NCBI GenBank assembly: GCA_934552855.1
Contig: CAKTEU010000004.1
Location: 17,021-81,020 of the forward strand
Length of the DNA stretch: 64,000 bases
Direction: 5' to 3'
Source: an uncultured Eubacteriales bacterium
Lineage (GTDB): Bacteria > Bacillota > Clostridia > Oscillospirales > Acutalibacteraceae
Each line of letters starts with the position of its first letter. Position 1 is the stretch's first letter. This document shows positions 37,276 to 46,175 of this stretch, one piece after another. The notes below the pieces were generated by a model. The model saw only the letters and a list, made by a program, of their open reading frames with translations. It searched no databases and was not told where the DNA came from. Position numbers and translations under genes: made by a program.

Positions 37276-38565
37276 ATGAAAAAAGCAGTTGCTCTTATAA
37301 TGAGTTTTGCGCTTTTGTTTTTGTCCGTAACTTTCATTGAACCGACTTCAATTGTCCGTGCGGCAACACAGCAGGAACTTGAAGATAAGGTTGACCGCCT
37401 TAACGGCGAAATCAGTTCAAACAAAGAAAAAATCAGCGAACTTGAAAGCCAAAAGGAAAAGAACGAAGCTTATCTTGACACGCTTGAAACTCAGATAGCC
37501 GCCGTTCAGGAAAAGGCGAACACAATCGAAGCGCAGATTAAAGAAATTGACAAGGAAATTGCCGCCTATAACAAACAGCTTGACAAGCTTGCAAAAAGCA
37601 TTAAAAAAACGAAGGCAAAAATCAAAGAAAACCAAGCGAGCGTTGACGAAGCAAAGGGCGAGCTTTCAGTTCTTTTAAGAAATTCATACATCAACGGAAA
37701 AGAAACCGTTCTTGAACTTTTTATGGGTGCAAGCGACCTTGCAAGTTTTCTTACCCACCTTGAAATGATGAAGCGTACTTCGGAAAACGAAAAGCGTATT
37801 ATCGATGACTTTACGGCAAAGATTGAAAAACTCAAAGCTTCAAAAGCGGAACTCAGCAAAACACGTTCGGAAGTAAACGCAACAAAACAAAAGAGCGTTG
37901 AAAAAAAGACCGAGCTTGAAACAAAGCAGGCGGAATACAAAGCAACATCAACCCAGCTTTCGGCAAACAAAGCAAAGGTTCAATTGCTTATTAACGAGAT
38001 TGACCAAAGCAGTGCACTTTATCAAAGCTATATCAAAAAGCTCAGTTCCGAAAAGCAGGCAGCAGATGCCGAAATTGCGGAAATCATCAGACAGCGTGCG
38101 CAGACAAATCCCGCCCCTCAGCCGACTGATAACAGCTCCGATAGCACCGGCAACAGCGGAAACACATCGAACGCCTCCTGGGGCTTCCCGGCGGCAAGCG
38201 GTTATATAAGTTCGGGCTATGGAAACAGAGATGCAAGTATTTCCGGCTGGAATTACCACGGCGGCGTTGACATCACCGGCGGAGGATACTACGGAACGCC
38301 GATTTATGCAACAAGAGCCGGAACGGTTATTGCTGCAAACTACGGAACAACCGGCTACGGCAACTATATTGTTATTGACCACGGCGACGGCTACACTTCG
38401 CTTTACGGCCACTGTTCATCGCTTCTTGTCTCTGCCGGACAATCGGTGAGCAAGGGTCAGCACATTGCAAACGCCGGCGACAGCGGAAACGTTACCGGTC
38501 CGCACCTTCACTTTGAAGTTCGTTACAACGGCGAAAAGCAAAATCCCCTCAATTACATCGGCTGA
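37276..38565 (+). CDS. secreted coiled-coil protein with a C-terminal M23 peptidoglycan metalloendopeptidase domain
   Basis: It has a signal peptide, a long heptad-rich region, and HGGVDI...YGHCS...GNVTGPHLHFEV. Confidence 0.88.
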   Translation: MKKAVALIMSFALLFLSVTFIEPTSIVRAATQQELEDKVDRLNGEISSNKEKISELESQKEKNEAYLDTLETQIAAVQEKANTIEAQIKEIDKEIAAYNKQLDKLAKSIKKTKAKIKENQASVDEAKGELSVLLRNSYINGKETVLELFMGASDLASFLTHLEMMKRTSENEKRIIDDFTAKIEKLKASKAELSKTRSEVNATKQKSVEKKTELETKQAEYKATSTQLSANKAKVQLLINEIDQSSALYQSYIKKLSSEKQAADAEIAEIIRQRAQTNPAPQPTDNSSDSTGNSGNTSNASWGFPAASGYISSGYGNRDASISGWNYHGGVDITGGGYYGTPIYATRAGTVIAANYGTTGYGNYIVIDHGDGYTSLYGHCSSLLVSAGQSVSKGQHIANAGDSGNVTGPHLHFEVRYNGEKQNPLNYIG

Positions 38566-38609
38566 ATGAAATAAAAAGCAATTCAAAACAAACGTGATAA
38601 AAACCAAAA

Positions 38610-38655
38610 CAGCGAATGAGCACGGCAAATCACCGAACTCATTCGCTGCTTTTTT
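38610..38655. terminator. bidirectional terminator hairpin
   Basis: CAGCGAATGAG-N17-CTCATTCGCTG followed by CTTTTTT. The rlmD-like stop codon lies inside the stem. Confidence 0.7.
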
Positions 38656-39865
38656 CATTGTTATATTTTGGCTGATTGTTTGCGTCACCGGTTTTTTTCA
38701 ACAGAACCACGCACTCAACATGGCTTGTATGAGGAAACATATCCACGGGCTGAATTTTTTTCACACGATAACCGTTTTTTGAAAGGAAAACAAGGTCACG
38801 CTCAAGCGTTTCAACCGAACAGGAAACATAAACAATACGCTTGGGCGCAGTTTTTACAATGCTTTTGAGAAAGTTGAGGTCGCTTCCGGCACGGGGCGGA
38901 TCCATAAAAACAACGTCAAAATATTCTTTTTGCGCTGCTGCTTCAAGCATGAATTTTCCGGCATCCGCACAGTAAAAGGACGTGTTTTCAACATTGTTGA
39001 GTTTTGCGTTGAAAACTGCGTCAAAAACCGCATCTTCATTGAGCTCAACGCCGATAACTTTTGCGCCGGAACCTTTTGCCGCAACAATTCCTATTGTGCC
39101 CGTGCCGCAGTATGCGTCAAGTATGCGTTCGCCTTTTTGAATTTTTGCAAAATGGATTGCGGTTTTATAAAGCACTTCGGTTTGAACGGGATTGATTTGA
39201 TAAAACGAACGTGAAGAAATTCTGAACCGGCATGAGCAAAGCGTATCCTCAATGTATCCGTTTCCGAAAAGAACAAACTCCTTTTTGCCCAAAACAAGGC
39301 TTGTTTTGGAATTGTTGACGTTTTGAACAATGGTTGTAATGTTCGGAAAAGCCTTCAAAAGCGCACCGACAAATTCCTTTTTCTTTGGAAAAATCTCTGT
39401 GCCGGTAACAAGCACAACCATTGTTTGTCCGCTTGAAAAACCTCTGCGAACAAGAACGTGACGAAGAAAACCCCGTCCGGTGTCCTCGTTATATGCGTTC
39501 AGCTTGAACAACGGAAGAAGCCTTCTTATATACACAATAATCTCGTCGGCAAGTTTATCTTCAAGCATACATTCCGTTACGGGAACTATTCTGTGACTTG
39601 CGGACTGATATACACCGGATATGATTTTTCCCTGCACGTTTTTGAACGCCGCCTGAACCTTGTTGCGGTAATGCACCGGGTTTTTCATTCCGATTATTTC
39701 TTCAACATGACCGAATTTTCCGAGTGCTTTGATGCACTTGACCTGCTTAAAGGAAAGCTGCTCTTCATACTTCATGTTCTGAAGCTGGCAGCCGCCGCAT
39801 TTTTTATAAAGAGGGCAGCCGTTTCCTCTGCCCTCTTTGCGTTTTGTGTTTTTAACTTCTTTCAT
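38639..39865 (-). CDS. rlmD: 23S rRNA (uracil-5-)-methyltransferase, RlmD/RumA (TrmA) family
   Basis: It has the Fe-S Cys cluster CPLYKKCGGCQLQ, the SAM motif DAYCGTGTIG, and ...DPPRAG.... Confidence 0.85.
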   Translation of the reverse strand: MKEVKNTKRKEGRGNGCPLYKKCGGCQLQNMKYEEQLSFKQVKCIKALGKFGHVEEIIGMKNPVHYRNKVQAAFKNVQGKIISGVYQSASHRIVPVTECMLEDKLADEIIVYIRRLLPLFKLNAYNEDTGRGFLRHVLVRRGFSSGQTMVVLVTGTEIFPKKKEFVGALLKAFPNITTIVQNVNNSKTSLVLGKKEFVLFGNGYIEDTLCSCRFRISSRSFYQINPVQTEVLYKTAIHFAKIQKGERILDAYCGTGTIGIVAAKGSGAKVIGVELNEDAVFDAVFNAKLNNVENTSFYCADAGKFMLEAAAQKEYFDVVFMDPPRAGSDLNFLKSIVKTAPKRIVYVSCSVETLERDLVFLSKNGYRVKKIQPVDMFPHTSHVECVVLLKKTGDANNQPKYNNEKSSE

Positions 39866-39978
39866 TATTTGGCCTTTCTGCCGTATTTTCTCATGCAGTG
39901 TCTGACTGCAAGGTCAATTGTGACAAGGGTAATGACTGCGCAGATTGCCGCAATGGGATTGCTTTCGTTCTTTTTCAT
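39865..39978 (-). CDS. 37-aa small membrane protein, translationally coupled to rlmD (unannotated)
   Basis: AAGGAG lies 7 nt upstream of the ATG. Product: MKKNESNPIAAICAVITLVTIDLAVRHCMRKYGRKAK. Its TAA overlaps the rlmD ATG (TAATG). Confidence 0.45.
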   Translation of the reverse strand: MKKNESNPIAAICAVITLVTIDLAVRHCMRKYGRKAK

Positions 39979-40005
39979 TTTTTGCTCCTTATAAATTAAA
40001 ATTCG

Positions 40006-40377
40006 TTACCGTGCGTGTTTTCCGGTTAAAAGAAGACTGTCTATGTCTTCAAATGCGTTTTCAATTCGCTCTGTATGATAGCCCCAGTAATTATCAAAAA
40101 TCGTTCCGGTTCGGTTGGCTGCAATATATCGAAGCCAATCTTTGTTTGCGCTTTCAAATTCCAACACAAACAAACTTTGAAGTTCTTCTTCAAGAACCTC
40201 AAAAACCGAAACTGTCGACGTACCGCTTTCGCGGCTATTGGTTGTTCGGATTGCCCATTTTTCAGCTTATTCAAAATCGGTAGTAAGATAAAACCCCGCT
40301 CCGAAATCCAAAAGCCTTTTTGACAGAATAAGCTTTGGGCTTTTCACTTCAATATTACTGCCATGATAAAAAATCAT
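40006..40377 (-). pseudogene. DUF3990-like gene interrupted by an in-frame TAA
   Basis: My own translation: [51 protein letters not shown]...DWLRYIAANR.... The TAA at 40267-40269 sits where the family normally has Gln (..QAEKWA..). The C-terminal part looks diverged or shortened. Confidence 0.55.
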
Positions 40378-40422
40378 AATCACTTTGCGGCGACTATGTC
40401 GTCCGCTTCTCCTTAATGATTT

Positions 40423-41241
40423 TTACTTGATATTAACCTTATGCTCCATGATCCAGCCGGTTGCAAAAAGCATTCCGAGCGCAACAAGAGCCATGAACAG
40501 CGTTCCGCCAAGGCCGAAAGAAAACATTGCGTCGCTTCGTTCCATTGAGGTGAGGGCAAGTTTTACGCCTTCGTTTGTTACGCTGACGCTGAGCGGAAGC
40601 GAATATGTCAGCTTTGCACCGATTGAGTTTGTTAAAGCGTATGAACCGAAAAAGATGAGAAAACCAAAAATCTTCGGGTGCTTTTGAAGCGGTCTTGTGT
40701 TTGCAAGTGTGACCGAAAAATACACAAAGCCGACAAAGGTGAGAACAGTCAAAAGCAATATAAACGCAACATAAACAAGGAACTTTGCAATCATCGCGCC
40801 TGACGGGAGCATGTCAAGAAGTCCGCTGTCTTTAAGCACTTCAAGAATACTTCCGAGCTCTTCGCCGCTTTGTGCCCTTGCGTTGAGAAAAATTACAAGA
40901 TAAATAAGTCCCAGCGCAATAACCGAAGTAATTATCCAAACAAACGAAACAATGACTTTTGAAACAAGAAGTGTGCTGCATTTTACCGGAAGAGTAAAGC
41001 TGAGATATCCCTGATTTGTGTAAAGAGTGTCATAAAAGTTTTTGATAACCGCAACAAGCGTCATTATAACAACAAGAAGACCGGCAAAATAAAGAACAAC
41101 CGAAGCGGCAATACTGAGCCATGTCAGTTTGATAAGGAGCGCAACGGCCATAACGGCAAGCACCGCTGCAGTGCAGGCATAAATTGCCATAACATAACGT
41201 GCGGAATTTTTAAATTCATGTTTTAAAAGTTTACCAAGCAT
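40423..41241 (-). CDS. ABC-2 type transporter permease
   Basis: ORF trimmed to the ATG at 41241 (MLGKLLKHEFKN...), overlapping the ATPase gene by 11 nt. It has six predicted TM segments. Confidence 0.75.
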   Translation of the reverse strand: MLGKLLKHEFKNSARYVMAIYACTAAVLAVMAVALLIKLTWLSIAASVVLYFAGLLVVIMTLVAVIKNFYDTLYTNQGYLSFTLPVKCSTLLVSKVIVSFVWIITSVIALGLIYLVIFLNARAQSGEELGSILEVLKDSGLLDMLPSGAMIAKFLVYVAFILLLTVLTFVGFVYFSVTLANTRPLQKHPKIFGFLIFFGSYALTNSIGAKLTYSLPLSVSVTNEGVKLALTSMERSDAMFSFGLGGTLFMALVALGMLFATGWIMEHKVNIK

Positions 41242-41932
41242 AGCTGAATACCTCCTTGAAGACTTCTTCAACGGTTTTTCCTTTTTCTTTGATTTCGTCA
41301 ACGTGAGAGTCGATTACAACCTGTCCGTTGCTTATCATAAGCACACGGTCAAAAATATATTCAACATCGCTTATAAGATGGGTTGAAATGAGAACGGTTG
41401 AGTCCGCCTCGTGGTTTTCCATGATAAGGTCAAGAATGTGGCTTCTTGCCGCCGGATCAACACCGCCGAGCGGCTCGTCAAGAATATAAAGCTTTGCTTT
41501 GCGGCACATTACAAGAACAAGACGAAGCTTTTCCTGCTGACCTTTTGACATTGTTTTGAGCTTTTGTTTCATATCAAGGCCGAAACGGTCAACCATTTTT
41601 TCGGCTTTGTTTTTGTCAAAATCCTTGTAAAAATCGGCAAAGTATTCGATTGCGTCGCACGGACGCATCCAGTCGGGAAGATAGCTTTTTTCCGGAAGAT
41701 ATGCAACAATGCTTTTTGTGTATGCACCGGGTTCTTCGTTGTCAATGCGAACCATTCCGTCATAATCCTTGATAAGACCGGTGAGAATTTTGATAAGCGT
41801 TGTTTTTCCGCAGCCGTTCGGGCCGAGAAGGCCGACAATTTGGCCGCTTTCACAAGCAAAGCCCACGCTCTTCAAAACCTCTTTGCTGCCGTATGACTTT
41901 TTGAGATTTGAAACGTTGATAATTTTACTCAT
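41231..41932 (-). CDS. ABC transporter ATP-binding protein
   Basis: It has Walker A GPNGCGKTT, the signature SKGQQ and Walker B LYILDEP. Confidence 0.92.
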   Translation of the reverse strand: MSKIINVSNLKKSYGSKEVLKSVGFACESGQIVGLLGPNGCGKTTLIKILTGLIKDYDGMVRIDNEEPGAYTKSIVAYLPEKSYLPDWMRPCDAIEYFADFYKDFDKNKAEKMVDRFGLDMKQKLKTMSKGQQEKLRLVLVMCRKAKLYILDEPLGGVDPAARSHILDLIMENHEADSTVLISTHLISDVEYIFDRVLMISNGQVVIDSHVDEIKEKGKTVEEVFKEVFSYAW

Positions 41933-41993
41933 ATTATCATGCGCCTTTCGTTAAATATAATCTTTATTTTAATTGCCAAAAATTAATTTTGCC

Positions 41994-44432
41994 TTAATAT
42001 TTTATTCTTGTTTTTCCGATTACAAATGCAATCACGCCCCAAACAAGCTGAAGAACAATAAGAACGAGCGGGCTGAACGCAAGCGAAACCTTGAGTGCCG
42101 CACAAATTGCGGAAAGAAGAAAGCTGAACCCAAGCCCGGAAAGAAGAACAATTTTTGAAAGCCTGTCCGCTTCAAAAAGGTCGTGCGCCTTGTTGATGAG
42201 AAGAAGAATATTCTTATCGCTTTTTGAACAGGCAAGGCCGCTTTCTTTTCGCATTGAGGCGTTGGCTTTATAAGAGGCAATGATTTCGCAGTTCTTTGTT
42301 GTCATAAGCTTTATTGCGGCAACGTCTGCCATAAGCTTTTTTGCCGCAAGCTCTTGAGTAAGACACGGGTCGCCGCAATTGAGCATGAGAACAATGCCCG
42401 TTTTGTTGAAAGATGAAACGCTTTTTTTAACGTTGCTTTTCACCCGGTAATCAACGGCAAACACGCCGACGATTATTCCTTCAACAACAACATACATCAC
42501 GTTTTTGCCCTTTGCAAAGGCGGTTTCCTGCTCCTCTGTCGGAGCGGCTATGCTGTGAGAGACAAGCATTGAACGGTTTCCAACAAGAACACGGCGGCCG
42601 ACAATCCAGCAGGAATAGCCGAGTTTTTCCTCATATTGAACGTCTTCGGCTTTCGGCGGCCTGATTCTTTCTTCTTCAAGGAACGCATCAAATTCATGGC
42701 GAATAACGCTTCGTGTGTCTTTGAGTGCACTCGCCGCAAAAACAACAACGTCACTTAAAAGCATAGATCTTCCGACCGCCCTGAATTTTGAAACCTTGCC
42801 TTCAAAAATTTCGTCCGCATCAACGACAATGGCGTTTGATTTTGCAACCTCCTTTGCGTTTTCAAAGGAAGCAACAACGGCGGAAGACTGCGAAAGGGCT
42901 TTGTCGTTTTGAAGTTTTATAAGCGAAGAAACAAGTGTGGACATTGCCGGAACGCAAAGACAAAAGCTGCTTGCAAAGCCGGCAAAGAACATGGCTGCGC
43001 TTTTTGAAATTATTGCAACGGCAACCGAAAATGCTGCGCTTGCGGCAAGAACGGAAATCCCTTCAAAAAGCAAAAGCTTTTCATCGGTTGAACGTGAAAG
43101 AGAAAATTTTTCAAAATCTTTCGGAATTTCGCAATCTGCGGTGTAAAGAATTTTCGGATCGTTCTTTTCGCTTATTCCGTAGCCGAGCGAAGAAGCGTCG
43201 GCCTTGTTTTCAACGGTTTGAAGCGTTGAAAGAGTTTTTGAACGCATCAAAACCGAAAGATCCCGCCGAACGCCTTCAAGTCTCAGATATTCCGAAACGC
43301 TTTGCGAAAGCAAAATAAAGAAGAACACCGGAAAATAAAGCGCATATCCGGAAACGTCCTCAGGCTTCAAAAAGAACAGCGTTACGCATTGCAAAAATGA
43401 AACACAGCCGGAAAGTGCGGCAAAAAATGCGGGGCACGGGCTGAACTTTATGACCGAATAAAAACCGGTTTTGAGCGTATCTTTTGCGGTGACTGCGCCG
43501 GCGGCAAAAAGAACAAGGTTCAAAACAAGATATAAAACCGAACCGTTTGCAAAGAAAGCGGAAAACGCACCGGAGCTTACATGAGAGCAAAGCACAAAGA
43601 AAAATGCAAGCGAAACAATGAGAAGAACCCCGAAAATTTCAATTTTCCGTTTTTCATGAGTCAATTCTTCTTTGAGTGAAAGACGTTCGTTTTTTGCGTT
43701 TTTAATTTCTTCACGGCGTTTTTCAAGTTTTGCACGCTGCTGAACAGAACGCATCGTTCTTTCGCCGAGTTTTAAAAGCCCGTTTTTGCCTTTTTTTCTG
43801 ATATCTGCTTTGTCTATTGCATCAAAAAGATTTTCACCCTTTTTCGGTTCAAAAAGGTCGGCAACACTTTTTCCGCCCTCGCCGGTCGGTTCTTTTTCAA
43901 GGATTGTTTCGTCATTGATTTCCTTTGAAAGAACACGGAAGTTTTCAATCAGGTTTTGCCGTGCTTTTTTAAGCTGCTTTTCAACCGATTCCTGCGAAAC
44001 CGTTTTCGGCCTGACTTCGTCACCATAGCCTTCAAGAATAAGCTGAGCACCTTCGCCCTTCCTTTTTTGAACTTTTTTGATTTCGGGAGCTTTTCCCTTG
44101 AGGTCAAAATGCTTTGTTTTTCCGTCATCGGGAATCACTTTTGTTTTTTCCTCGTTTGAAATCTTAATCGTTTTTTCAATATCTTCCTGTTTTTTCGGTT
44201 CCTTTTCTTCGGCAATCGGCGCAATTCCGACAGATTTCAAAAGTGCGTTTATATCGTCAATGTTTTCTTTTTTTGAATCGGCTTTTTCCTTTTTTTTGTC
44301 TTTTGAAGGAAAGGCTTCCTTTTCTTTAAAAATATCTTCGTCCGAAAAGTTTTTCGGCTCTTTTTCGTTCTTTTTCTTTTTTATGAAGTCATCGTCATAA
44401 AGATTTGACGGATTTTTGTTCACGTCTGACAT
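41994..44432 (-). CDS. P1B-type (heavy-metal) ATPase homolog with degenerate catalytic motifs and a Lys/Glu-rich disordered N-terminus of about 270 aa
   Basis: ATG at 44432 follows AAGGGTG; GTG at 44441, overlapping the rlmB stop, is an alternative. It has CLC in place of CPC, VVDADEIFEGK in place of FDKTGTLTEGK, and LMLNCGD in place of MLTGD. I see no TGES or GDGxND. Confidence 0.7.
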   Translation of the reverse strand: MSDVNKNPSNLYDDDFIKKKKNEKEPKNFSDEDIFKEKEAFPSKDKKKEKADSKKENIDDINALLKSVGIAPIAEEKEPKKQEDIEKTIKISNEEKTKVIPDDGKTKHFDLKGKAPEIKKVQKRKGEGAQLILEGYGDEVRPKTVSQESVEKQLKKARQNLIENFRVLSKEINDETILEKEPTGEGGKSVADLFEPKKGENLFDAIDKADIRKKGKNGLLKLGERTMRSVQQRAKLEKRREEIKNAKNERLSLKEELTHEKRKIEIFGVLLIVSLAFFFVLCSHVSSGAFSAFFANGSVLYLVLNLVLFAAGAVTAKDTLKTGFYSVIKFSPCPAFFAALSGCVSFLQCVTLFFLKPEDVSGYALYFPVFFFILLSQSVSEYLRLEGVRRDLSVLMRSKTLSTLQTVENKADASSLGYGISEKNDPKILYTADCEIPKDFEKFSLSRSTDEKLLLFEGISVLAASAAFSVAVAIISKSAAMFFAGFASSFCLCVPAMSTLVSSLIKLQNDKALSQSSAVVASFENAKEVAKSNAIVVDADEIFEGKVSKFRAVGRSMLLSDVVVFAASALKDTRSVIRHEFDAFLEEERIRPPKAEDVQYEEKLGYSCWIVGRRVLVGNRSMLVSHSIAAPTEEQETAFAKGKNVMYVVVEGIIVGVFAVDYRVKSNVKKSVSSFNKTGIVLMLNCGDPCLTQELAAKKLMADVAAIKLMTTKNCEIIASYKANASMRKESGLACSKSDKNILLLINKAHDLFEADRLSKIVLLSGLGFSFLLSAICAALKVSLAFSPLVLIVLQLVWGVIAFVIGKTRIKY

Positions 44433-44437
44433 TTTTT

Positions 44438-45202
44438 TCACCCTTTGTTTGATCTTTGTCTTGAAACTTCATACATTAAAATTCCTGCTGCAACGGAAGC
44501 ATTGAGCGATGTGATTTTTCCTTTCATCGGAAGCGAAACAATAAAATCGCTCTTGTCTCTGATAAGCTTTCCGACACCGTTGCCCTCTGAGCCGACAACA
44601 AGGCCGACTGCACCGGAAAAATCGGTTTTTGAATAATCTGTTCCGTCCATGTCTGCGCTGTAAATCCAAACGCCCTTTTCCTTGAGTTCGTCAATTGCCG
44701 AAGCAAGGTTCGTCACTCTCACAACGGGCATATACTCAAGTGCGCCGGCGGCGGCTTTTCCAACCGCCCAGGTGAGCGAAACGCTGCGCCTTTTCGGAAT
44801 AATTATGCCGTGAGCACCGGCACATTCGGCGGTTCTTATGATTGCGCCGAGGTTGTGCGGGTCTTCAAGCTCATCACAGATGATGATGAATGGGTCTTCG
44901 TTTCGCTCCTTTGCAAGGCTGAAGATATCTTCAAGCTCGGCGTATTCGTGGCTTGCGGCATAAGCGGCAACACCCTGGTGATTTCCGCCGCCGCAAAGGA
45001 AGTCAAGCTTTCTTTTGTCAACTTCTTTGATAACCGTACCCTTGTCTTTGCAAGCGGCGATTATTCTTCCGACGGAACCGTTGCGTTCGCCTTTTGCAAC
45101 AAGAAGAGTGTCAATTGCACGCTCGCTTTTAAGTGCTTCAAGAACGGCGTTCCTTCCAACAATAAGGCCGTTTTCCTGCTTTTCGTTTTTATTGTTATCC
45201 AT
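44438..45202 (-). CDS. rlmB: 23S rRNA (guanosine-2'-O-)-methyltransferase RlmB (SpoU/TrmH family)
   Basis: It has an N-terminal substrate-binding domain, HQGV, ...DPHNLGAIIRTA..., ...GSEG.G..., ...SLNASVA. Confidence 0.9.
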   Translation of the reverse strand: MDNNKNEKQENGLIVGRNAVLEALKSERAIDTLLVAKGERNGSVGRIIAACKDKGTVIKEVDKRKLDFLCGGGNHQGVAAYAASHEYAELEDIFSLAKERNEDPFIIICDELEDPHNLGAIIRTAECAGAHGIIIPKRRSVSLTWAVGKAAAGALEYMPVVRVTNLASAIDELKEKGVWIYSADMDGTDYSKTDFSGAVGLVVGSEGNGVGKLIRDKSDFIVSLPMKGKITSLNASVAAGILMYEVSRQRSNKG

Positions 45203-45446
45203 TCATTTTCCTCCGGTTGTCCGTATTGTGACAGAACAAGGTCAATTATACATTATAAGCTTTTTAATTATACCATAAAGGGAAAAGAACAAAAGGCGAA
45301 ACAGGAAAAATGTTTTGTTAATTTTTTATAATCTTCCGTCTTTTCTTTGGAAAGGCTTGATTATCTCGCCTTATGTTGGCATAATTATACGGTAAGAATT
45401 TTTGTATAATATATAAAATCATAAATTCGGTTTGGAGCTTGTAATC

Positions 45447-46157
45447 ATGAAAAAAGAGGCAATTGAAGAAATACTTTCGCTTTCAAAAGAAGAAAGAGAA
45501 AAAATCATTGAAACACACAAAAAAAGCGGCGTGCTTATCCCGATGGAAGAAAACGTATTCATCGGAAAGGACGTTACTATTGAAAAAGGTGCAATCATTC
45601 TTGAAGGAACACATCTTACGGGCAAAACGGTAATTAAAAAAGACTGCGTCATCGGTCCCGGCTCGTTTATATTTGACACAACGGTCGGCAAAGGCTCGTC
45701 GCTCAATTACGTTCAGGCGTTTGAAAGCGAAGTCGGCGAAAACTGTGACCTCGGTCCGTTTGTTCACATCAGACCGAACAGCCACGTTTCAAACAAAGTC
45801 CACCTCGGCAATTTTGTTGAAGTAAAGAATTCAACCATAGGCGAAAGCACAAGCGTTTCGCATTTGACCTATGTCGGCGACAGCGACGTTGGAAAGCACG
45901 TCAATTTCGGCTGCGGCTGCGTAACGGTTAACTTCACCGGAAAGGAAAAGTTCAGAACAACCGTTGGCGACCACGCATTCATCGGCTGCAACACAAACCT
46001 TGTTGCTCCGGTCAAAGTCGGAGATTACGGCTATACTGCCGCAGGCTCAACAATCACAAAGGACGTTCCCTCAAATGCCCTTGCCATTGCAAGAGCAAGG
46101 CAGGAGAACAAAGAGAACTGGGTGCTTAAAAGAAAACCTTACAGAGACATGAAATAA
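45447..46157 (+). CDS. GlmU-like left-handed beta-helix acetyltransferase domain only (no N-terminal uridyltransferase domain)
   Basis: 236 aa. GPFVHIRPNSHV...LGNFVEVKNSTIGE.TSVSHLTYVGDSDVG..VNFGCG.VTVN..GKEKF.T.VGD.AFIGCN.NLVAPV...AAGSTIT.DVP...LAIARARQ matches the C-terminal half of GlmU. It sits just upstream of pth. Confidence 0.8.
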   Translation: MKKEAIEEILSLSKEEREKIIETHKKSGVLIPMEENVFIGKDVTIEKGAIILEGTHLTGKTVIKKDCVIGPGSFIFDTTVGKGSSLNYVQAFESEVGENCDLGPFVHIRPNSHVSNKVHLGNFVEVKNSTIGESTSVSHLTYVGDSDVGKHVNFGCGCVTVNFTGKEKFRTTVGDHAFIGCNTNLVAPVKVGDYGYTAAGSTITKDVPSNALAIARARQENKENWVLKRKPYRDMK

Positions 46158-46175
46158 AAAAACGGGAGCGTAAAA

